A DNA stretch of 64,000 nt, taken from the NCBI GenBank assembly GCA_041940165.1, contig JBGTSR010000013.1:94797-158796 (forward strand), written 5' to 3'. Positions 46,022 through 53,351 of the stretch are shown piece by piece. Position 1 is the stretch's first letter. Each line of letters starts with the position of its first letter. A model generated the notes under the pieces. The model did not search any database, was not told where the DNA came from, and saw only the letters and a program-made list of their open reading frames with translations. Source of the DNA: Acidobacteriota bacterium. GTDB lineage: Bacteria; Acidobacteriota; Blastocatellia; Pyrinomonadales; Pyrinomonadaceae. The position numbers and the translations under genes are program-made.

Positions 46022-47011
46022 ATGAAGACGAAGGTTCTACTGTCATTGACGGCAGCGATCTTGCTTGGCGGTTTTGCATTTGGTGTATTTTACGGCCCGA
46101 CGGCACAGGTCGGTGCTCAGAGTACAAAAGACGACCCGGCTCCGGTCGATACGGTGAAAGATGACGAGCCATATACGTTCAATGGCTACACGTGGGCCAG
46201 CAAGAAAGAGTTCATGGACTACGGCAGATGTACGACCAAGATCTTGAGCGAGCCTGAGATGGACCAGATCGAGCGCGAGGTCGACATCGCCCGCGAAAAT
46301 CGCAAATCGGCAAATAGCGGTTTTGAAATGAACGCTACGGGTGGAACGATCCCGGTTTACATCCACGTAATTCGAAACAGTTCCGGCGGTGGCGACGTCT
46401 CGGACAGCCGTATCGCACAGCAGATGGCGGTGCTCAATAACGCGTTTGCAAGTACCGGATGGGGCTTCAGCCTTGTTGGCACGACACGCACAGACAATTC
46501 GACCTGGTACACATGTTCCGGCGGCTCCTGCGAATCGCAGATGAAGAACGCCCTGCGTCAAGGCACTGCAGACGATCTGAATATTTACCTGAACAACATG
46601 GGCGGCGGTCTGCTCGGTTGGGCGACGTTCCCGTCGAGTTACGCGGGTAATCCGAAGAACGACGGGGTCGTAGTTCTTTCAGCCTCGCTTCCGGGTGGAT
46701 CTGCGGCTCCGTACAACCTCGGCGACACGGCAACGCACGAGGTCGGTCACTGGATGGGCCTTTATCACACATTCCAGGGCGGCTGCGCACGCAATGCTAC
46801 GAGCGGCGGCGACCTGGTCTCGGATACACCGGCCGAAAAATCGCCTGCTTACGGATGCCCGACCGGCCGCGACAGCTGCCGCAACATCGCCGGCCTCGAC
46901 CCGATCACCAACTTCATGGACTACACCGACGACGCCTGCATGAATACCTTCTCGGCCGGCCAGGACGCCCGCATGGATTCCCTGTTCACGACCTATCGTT
47001 TCGGAAAATAA
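46022..47011 (+). CDS. secreted M43-family (pappalysin/ulilysin-like) zinc metallopeptidase
   Basis: Signal peptide and the metzincin motif [13 protein letters not shown] (HExxHxxGxxH). Confidence 0.85.
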   Translation: MKTKVLLSLTAAILLGGFAFGVFYGPTAQVGAQSTKDDPAPVDTVKDDEPYTFNGYTWASKKEFMDYGRCTTKILSEPEMDQIEREVDIARENRKSANSGFEMNATGGTIPVYIHVIRNSSGGGDVSDSRIAQQMAVLNNAFASTGWGFSLVGTTRTDNSTWYTCSGGSCESQMKNALRQGTADDLNIYLNNMGGGLLGWATFPSSYAGNPKNDGVVVLSASLPGGSAAPYNLGDTATHEVGHWMGLYHTFQGGCARNATSGGDLVSDTPAEKSPAYGCPTGRDSCRNIAGLDPITNFMDYTDDACMNTFSAGQDARMDSLFTTYRFGK

Positions 47012-47032
47012 GAGATCGACCGATCAAGAAGG

Positions 47033-47060
47033 AACGGGCGGCCCCGGCTGCCCGTTTCTC
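47033..47060 (+). terminator. hairpin terminator after the M43 peptidase gene
   Basis: ACGGGCGGCC...GGCTGCCCGT GC-rich hairpin followed by TTTCTCATT. The T-run is weak. Confidence 0.45.
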
Positions 47061-47457
47061 ATTATCTCACCGGGTCATCGTCCGTTGTCCGCATGGCTCA
47101 TACGCGCCATTACGCACGACGGCCCGGCTCATGCAGTCGGCCGCGAAAGGCGGAAACCCGACCAGTAGGGAGGGTGCCCGTGTCGCGAACCTCAAACCCC
47201 GAACGAGAAAGACTAAAGACCGGGGACAAATGATCAAAATGATCAAAATCTTGGAAGGAAACGCGTTGGCTTGAGGCCAGTGACATTCCGCAACGGCCGG
47301 AATAGACTAGGTGCATGGCACGCTTCCTATTTCCAACGCCCGTACGACTTGCAGCCTTGATGGGGAGAGTTACTGGCAGAGCGAACGAATTAGGCACGGG
47401 CACACTCCATATCGCCGCCGTCGATGCCGGCCGTTTCCGCCCCTTGGGATAAATTGT

Positions 47458-48285
47458 CTAGTCGCGGGCGGCAAGACGGATCTTTGTTGCCCAGCCGAGG
47501 CGTTCGAAGAGTCGGATCGTGGCCCAGTTCATATCAAATTGGTACCATTTCAGGCCGTGCCGGGCTGAGGTTGGGAAGGCGTGGTGATTGTTGTGCCAGC
47601 CTTCGCCAAACGTTAGGATCGCCACGAACCAATTATTGGTGGAAAGGTCGTTTGTCTTGTGCGGGCGTTTGCCGTAAAGGTGCGAGAGCGAATTGACGAA
47701 CCACGTCGTGTGCCAGCCCACGACCACGCGTCCGAAAACACCCCAGACAACCATGGTCCAGCCGCCGATAGCAAACAAGATGGCAGCTGAGATAATGATC
47801 GGCACGTAGTAGTAGCGCGAGATCAGGACCTGCCCTTTATCTTTCAGAAGGTCGGGTACGTATTTGCGGATCGTCGCCGTATCGTGGTCCTGGGCCGTTC
47901 CCCAAACGATCCAGCCGATCTGCGCCCACCAAAATCCCGGACGGCTCGAATGCGGGTCTTTGTCAGTCTCGACGAACGCATGATGGATGCGATGCGTCGC
48001 TACCCATTTGTCGGGCGGGTCCTGCATCGACATCGTTCCCAGGATCGTGAGGCAGTACTCAAGCCATTTCGGCGCTTTAAAGCTTCTATGCGTCAGCAGA
48101 CGATGCCAGCCCAGACCGACGCCGAGGCTGCCGACGATCCAATTGCCGATCAAAAGGGCCGCGAGGTTCTGCCAACTGAACGTGAAGAAAAGCGGAATCG
48201 CGAGCAGATGGAATGATGCGAGCATCGCAACGTTCTTCCAATTGATACCCGCGCGCGATGTTTCGAGATCGTGAATATTTTGCAT
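47458..48285 (-). CDS. membrane acyl-CoA/acyl-lipid (delta-9-type) fatty acid desaturase
   Basis: Three histidine boxes (HRLLTH, HRIHH, HNNHH) with TM segments between them. Confidence 0.9.
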   Translation of the reverse strand: MQNIHDLETSRAGINWKNVAMLASFHLLAIPLFFTFSWQNLAALLIGNWIVGSLGVGLGWHRLLTHRSFKAPKWLEYCLTILGTMSMQDPPDKWVATHRIHHAFVETDKDPHSSRPGFWWAQIGWIVWGTAQDHDTATIRKYVPDLLKDKGQVLISRYYYVPIIISAAILFAIGGWTMVVWGVFGRVVVGWHTTWFVNSLSHLYGKRPHKTNDLSTNNWFVAILTFGEGWHNNHHAFPTSARHGLKWYQFDMNWATIRLFERLGWATKIRLAARD

Positions 48286-48634
48286 TAAAAGTAAGATGTC
48301 GAACTAACTTAAGAGTAACAGGTCGCCCCTGATGGCAGTTGTGGGCATTTGTAATAGATTTGTCCCGGCCCAAGGCGCGGGAGCCAAAAAATGATTGTGC
48401 GTAGCTGAGAAGCGTGCTATTCTTGCAACTCCGTTGCGTTCATTATAGGACGCTGTCGGCGGATATTTGATAACCGAATGCAGGCAGAAGCGGGATCTGT
48501 GAAGGCGGATCGTGGGGCCAGTTTCGCCCCAGGCGCGCGCGGATGGACAAAAATGGGGCGAATAATTTTTTTTGCCAAAATCGGCGGGACAGGTCACAAA
48601 ATGCTGATAAGTTGTTTATTTACAATATGTTCCC

Positions 48635-48679
48635 TGTCCCACAGACCTGTGGGACAAGAGTGGGACAAACGCGGGACAA
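48635..48679. promoter_or_regulatory. palindrome plus three helically phased GGGACAA direct repeats
   Basis: TGTCCCACAG-ac-CTGTGGGACA (48635-48656). GGGACAA copies start at 48651, 48662 and 48673, exactly 11 bp apart. Confidence 0.4.
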
Positions 48680-48704
48680 GGCGCTAACTTGCTCGGACGT
48701 CCGG

Positions 48705-49697
48705 CTACTTATCGGTCATCAGCGGCGTGGCGTAATAGCCTTCGCGGGAGCGGACCGAGAGCTTGGGCATGCCGCGGGGCGGATTTATCTTGACCTTGAG
48801 TTTGTGCCACTTGCCGTCGGGGTTGAAATCTTTCGGGACGTAGCCGATCGAGTATTGATGGCGGAGTTCGAGGGCGATGCGCTCGAAGATCTCGTCGAGG
48901 CTGCCGTCAGTGGCGAAATAGGCCTTGCCACCAGTGGATTCTGACAGCTGCTCGAGGAACGGATGGCCTTCGTATTCGCTGCCGTACACGCCGGCCGCAT
49001 AAATGATGACATCGGCCTCCTTCATATAGCGTCGCATTTCCTGGTAGCTATAGCGGGAATTGTTGTCCATGCCGTCGCTGATGATGATCACGGCCCTTTT
49101 CTTGTGGCTGCCGCGTGAGACGCGGTCCATCCCGAGGTAAACGGCGTCGTACAAAGCTGTGTTGCCGCCGGTCTTTACCATCGACAGGCTGTCCAGAACG
49201 ACTCTCGGATCACGCGTGCGGTCGGCCAGCAGCCGGACCTTGTCGTTAAATGCGATGACCGAGTACTCGTCCGACGGATGGCTGGTCGCTATGAAGCGTT
49301 CGAGCGCCCGTCGCGAACGGGAGATCTTCTCGCCGTTCATCGACCCAGAAACGTCGTACACGATCGCGACCGAAGCCGGAGCGTCCGTGTCCGAGAAAAA
49401 GACGATGTCCTGCTGGATGTTGTCTTCGAAGACCTGAAAGTGCTTCTTTGAGAGATTCGAAACGTAGCGGCCCCACTTGTCGTGAACCGTCAGCGTCAGC
49501 GTGACCAGATCCGTCTGGACCTTGAGCGGGCCATCATCGTCCGGGTCGACGATAACCGGCGGTGTCGGGGTCGGATTTGCGGTCGCGGGCACCGAATTCT
49601 GAGATGCTGCCAGTCCGGTAAGAAAGGCAGCACCTACTAACAAGCATGCTAGTGCCAAACACAAACTGCGTGATATCGATGGGATACTCTTTGTCAT
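48705..49697 (-). CDS. secreted von Willebrand factor A (VWA) domain protein
   Basis: Signal peptide/TM, a VWA fold with the MIDAS-like DVSGSM motif, and an overall layout like the VWFA-related proteins common in Acidobacteria (from recollection). Confidence 0.85.
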   Translation of the reverse strand: MTKSIPSISRSLCLALACLLVGAAFLTGLAASQNSVPATANPTPTPPVIVDPDDDGPLKVQTDLVTLTLTVHDKWGRYVSNLSKKHFQVFEDNIQQDIVFFSDTDAPASVAIVYDVSGSMNGEKISRSRRALERFIATSHPSDEYSVIAFNDKVRLLADRTRDPRVVLDSLSMVKTGGNTALYDAVYLGMDRVSRGSHKKRAVIIISDGMDNNSRYSYQEMRRYMKEADVIIYAAGVYGSEYEGHPFLEQLSESTGGKAYFATDGSLDEIFERIALELRHQYSIGYVPKDFNPDGKWHKLKVKINPPRGMPKLSVRSREGYYATPLMTDK

Positions 49698-49725
49698 CTT
49701 GTTTCAAATTCGCCGGCGCGTCGTG

Positions 49726-51081
49726 TCAAATATCGTCGAGAACGACCAAAGCGGTCTCGTTGCCCCCGGACGAAATATTCACTAGCGAACCGCTGCCGAG
49801 GCGAACCATTCCGCCTTCGACGCGTCCGTTGAAAAGAAATGGATCGAAATCGACGTTCAACGCCTCCATGAAAGCCTCGGAATCGTCGAAGACCGGCATG
49901 TCGACCTTATCTACACGGACCCGTTCCTGCACGACAAACTCCTCAGCCAGGGCACGTTGGATAGCGTCGTCCCATTGCGACTCATCACTTTCCCAGCCAA
50001 AGGAGATCCCATGCCCGCCATAGTCGTCATTGGGCTTCAGGACGAAACGCTGTTTTTCTGATCGAATATGGTCGAGCAGATCGACATCCTGACCTTGGTA
50101 TTTGGTTCGGCATTCGCCTACTGTTCGGGTCCACGGAACGTGCGCGTCTATTACCTCACGCTGTTCCCGCGTGAAAAGCTTCTCGTATCTTTCGTCAGTA
50201 AGTAACGCAAAACTAGCCTTCTTGTGCGGCAGCTTCGAACGAAACGAGTTGATCATGCAGACGGAGCTATCTGCAAGCGCCCGATACAGTGCGTGCTGCT
50301 CGTCGAATCGGTCAAGAAACTCATGGATAAGTACCCGCTTATAAAAGACATCGATCTCGAATTCGCCCGAACTGAGCACGCCATTCTTGTACACAAGATC
50401 GTTCGGATCGCATATTGTTGTCTTATAACCGTGGTCCTCAAAGTGCTCGGCGAGGAGGACGAATTCCGCCTGAGTATCGACGCCGACCCAGTCGACGATC
50501 GCGATATTTGGTGAGGTCTTTTGCCCGCCGAACTGTCTGTAGGCCGTCTCGAGCGACTCGATAAGCCTTACTCGAGGAGCCGGAAAATGGTGCGGATGGG
50601 CCTCGAGAAACCGGAGTACGGCCGGTATACGAAAAAACAACTCGCGAAGAGGCCTCTGATCGCCGATCCCTGCGGGATTCTCGCCGTTGTACTCGAGAAA
50701 GGCAAAACCATCGGCGTGAAGAAATGTGTCGAGGCGGCTGTTGACCGCGACGTCTTTGTAACCGGGTTCGAGCCGCGCCCACCTTGCCTCTTTCTCGGAA
50801 ACGCCGAGTTCCTCGAGCAGCTCGTCATTTGCGAGAGCTGCATGAGTCATCGACTGAAATGCTTCGAAAAGGTGCCGTGCAGCCCGCCGGATCTCGAGAT
50901 ATCGTGATCCCGGCAAGAAATACGGACGTAGAAACGGACAGATCGGCCGGTCACCGTGAAGTATTCCGCCGGCTCGCTGCAGTGCGGTGAGCTCCTCAAA
51001 AAGAGCCGTATCGAACCGATGTTCGTGAAGTAACTGCCGGTCGAGGTCGAGAGTCAATTTTTCTACGCTTACTGCCATCAC
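49726..51081 (-). CDS. ATP-grasp-superfamily-like protein (glutathionylspermidine-synthase / circularly permuted ATP-grasp-like)
   Basis: FLEYNGENPAGIG and FVLKPNDDYGGHGI segments resemble these families. The assignment is from memory of the family patterns only. Confidence 0.5.
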   Translation of the reverse strand: MMAVSVEKLTLDLDRQLLHEHRFDTALFEELTALQRAGGILHGDRPICPFLRPYFLPGSRYLEIRRAARHLFEAFQSMTHAALANDELLEELGVSEKEARWARLEPGYKDVAVNSRLDTFLHADGFAFLEYNGENPAGIGDQRPLRELFFRIPAVLRFLEAHPHHFPAPRVRLIESLETAYRQFGGQKTSPNIAIVDWVGVDTQAEFVLLAEHFEDHGYKTTICDPNDLVYKNGVLSSGEFEIDVFYKRVLIHEFLDRFDEQHALYRALADSSVCMINSFRSKLPHKKASFALLTDERYEKLFTREQREVIDAHVPWTRTVGECRTKYQGQDVDLLDHIRSEKQRFVLKPNDDYGGHGISFGWESDESQWDDAIQRALAEEFVVQERVRVDKVDMPVFDDSEAFMEALNVDFDPFLFNGRVEGGMVRLGSGSLVNISSGGNETALVVLDDI

Positions 51082-51333
51082 TGTCGCTTACGCATGATCG
51101 TATCCGACCGGTCTTGGCCTCGCGGCCATGCACAGAATTTCTTTGCCAAATTCATATTATAGTCCATTTCTACGGCGTTACCGGCTTGAGAGCTCGATCC
51201 GACCTGGAAGCGCCGAAACACCGGCGATTCGACGATCGTTGATCAACCCCGCCCGGCTGCACTATTGGGCATCGGCAATTTATTCTCCTCGGCAAAAACG
51301 CGACGCGTGATTTGATCGGCTCTGTGTCGCATA

Positions 51334-52554
51334 ATGTCTGTAATGCGACGAGTCTATCTCGACAACAGTGCTACCACGCCGATCGCTCCTGAGGTCGTCG
51401 AGGCGATGATGCCTTATCTGACCGAGCAGTTCGGCAATCCGTCGAGCATTCATTACTTTGGTCAGCAGGCACGTGCAGCGGTCGACAAAGCGCGTCATCA
51501 GGTCGCAGCTCTGATCAACGCACGGCCGAACGAGGTGGTTTTCACTTCCGGCGGCACCGAGTCGAACAACCTCGCCATCCGCGGACTCTGCGAAGCGAAT
51601 AACAAACACGGCCGGCACATCATCACGACCGCGATCGAACATTCCGCGGTCAAGAACGTTTGCGAAGACCTCGAAAAGCAGGATTACTGGGTGACTTACC
51701 TGCCGGTCGACGCCGACGGACTCGTTAAAGTCGAGGACGTCGAGGCCGCGATCACCGCGGAAACGATCCTGATCTCCGTAATGACCGCAAACAACGAGAT
51801 CGGTACTATCCAGCCAGTCGAAGAGATCGGTCGCATGGTCCACGGTTTGCGTGAAAAGGGCCGCAAGATCTGGTTTCACACGGACGCCGTTCAGGCCGTC
51901 GGAAAGATGTCAGTCGATGTCGAAGAGTTCGGCTGCGATCTGCTTTCGATCTCCGCCCACAAGATCTACGCTCCGAAAGGGATTGGTGCTCTGTACATGC
52001 GGCGCGGAGTGCGACTGCATCCGCAGAATATCGGCGGTCACCAGGAACGCGAACGCCGCGGCGGCACCGAATCCGTCGCCAATATCGTCGCATTCGGCCG
52101 TGCGTGCGAACTCGCTCAGAGCGAATTGAGTGTCTCAGCCGACTACCTTCGCTCGCTTCGTGACGACCTCGAAAGCCGGATTGGAGAGTCAGTTCCGGAC
52201 GTGATCTTCAACGGCCACCGCGAACGGCGCCTGCCAAATATCTCGAACATCTCGTTCCGACGTGTCGAGGGCGAAGCTCTGCTTATAAATCTCGATATGC
52301 AGGGCATCGCCGTTTCTACCGGGTCGGCATGCTCCTCAGGCACGCTCGAACCGTCGCCCGTCATCCGAGCACTGTCAGAGCCTGCGTCAGCGGGCGGGCA
52401 TTTTGGAGGGGCTCAGGAAGCGATCGACCGCGAAGACCGTGCCCGCGGTGCAATGCGGTTCAGCTTCGGCCGGCTCAACACCGCCGAAGACATCGACCGA
52501 GTCATTGCCGCGGTTCCCGCCGCGGTCGAGAATCTTAGATCTCTGTCCAGATAA
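51334..52554 (+). CDS. cysteine desulfurase (NifS/IscS family)
   Basis: VYLDNSATTP N-terminus, PLP-lysine SAHKIYAPKG, and the active-site loop GSACSSG. Confidence 0.9.
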   Translation: MSVMRRVYLDNSATTPIAPEVVEAMMPYLTEQFGNPSSIHYFGQQARAAVDKARHQVAALINARPNEVVFTSGGTESNNLAIRGLCEANNKHGRHIITTAIEHSAVKNVCEDLEKQDYWVTYLPVDADGLVKVEDVEAAITAETILISVMTANNEIGTIQPVEEIGRMVHGLREKGRKIWFHTDAVQAVGKMSVDVEEFGCDLLSISAHKIYAPKGIGALYMRRGVRLHPQNIGGHQERERRGGTESVANIVAFGRACELAQSELSVSADYLRSLRDDLESRIGESVPDVIFNGHRERRLPNISNISFRRVEGEALLINLDMQGIAVSTGSACSSGTLEPSPVIRALSEPASAGGHFGGAQEAIDREDRARGAMRFSFGRLNTAEDIDRVIAAVPAAVENLRSLSR

Positions 52555-52600
52555 AAAGAAGCGGCCCGCCGGTTGCCCGACGAAGCCGCTCGTTCCCCCC
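52555..52600 (-). terminator. weak hairpin terminator downstream of the GIIIGD-repeat gene
   Basis: On the minus strand, a 6-8 bp stem (AGCGGC / GCCGCT) with a large loop is followed by TTCTTTTTAT. This is marginal. Confidence 0.35.
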
Positions 52601-52622
52601 GGTGTGGAAACTTGATGGCGAG

Positions 52623-52922
52623 TTAGTCGCCGATGATGATGCCGGCACGGTCACCGATGATGATGCCTTCGCGGTCGCCGATGATGATGCCTTCTTTGTC
52701 GAGGCAGGTCTCTTTCGAGTCACCGATGATGATGCCTTCAAGAACGTCAACAAACCTGTCGAAAAGGCCCGTGGCACGATCGCCGATGATGATCCCGTGA
52801 GTTTCTTTTTCCGTGCAAGGCTTTTCGGCACGGTCGCCGATGATAATGCCTTCTGCGTTTGCGAACGTCGTTCCCATCATGAGCACTGCGGCTAGGGTCA
52901 ACGCTTTGACTGTGTTTTTCAT
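52623..52922 (-). CDS. small secreted protein with six GIIIGD repeats (99 aa precursor)
   Basis: GGAGAA RBS 7 nt before ATG 52922 and signal peptide MKNTVKALTLAAVLMMGTTFANA. The mature part contains (E/H/A)GIIIGD six times, encoded by GGCATCATCATCGGCGAC-type units with C-ending codons that match the host bias. Confidence 0.65.
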   Translation of the reverse strand: MKNTVKALTLAAVLMMGTTFANAEGIIIGDRAEKPCTEKETHGIIIGDRATGLFDRFVDVLEGIIIGDSKETCLDKEGIIIGDREGIIIGDRAGIIIGD

Positions 52923-53351
52923 TTTTCTCTTCTCCTGGTCGGTTAAGTTTTTTGGTTTCAAGGAATCCATCGTTTCCTTCCTGCCCTTATATAGACAAGG
53001 CTCGTGCCAAAACGTGCCATTCTATCGAAAGAGTTCGTAACTGTTGGAAATGTGCAAGTTACAGCCTCATTTTTGCGGTTCGACGACGTTTCTGAAAACC
53101 GAGATAAAGTGGATACTCACGTAACACGAATTTCCCGAACTTCGCCTAAGTCGTTCATTTCCTATCAGTTCCACAATTGGGTACTTTCTAACCACTTTTG
53201 CCGTGTATAATTGGTATACACCAGTTCTTTTAACCGCTCATTTTTTCTAGCTTTTTTTGATTAAACTGTGTTAAAATTTTTTTGTCTTTGATGGACCTGA
53301 GACCATCAGAGTGCATTCACCCGAGCCCGTTCAGCTCAGAACTCCCGTTCT

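Noticed and set aside
53206-53222. A TATAAT hexamer (53206-53211) and a TGTATA-ATTGG-TATACA palindrome upstream of the GGDEF-EAL gene, considered as a promoter plus operator.
   Set aside because: No convincing -35 element lies at 17 bp and the palindrome arms are only 6 bp, so the evidence is too weak to annotate.
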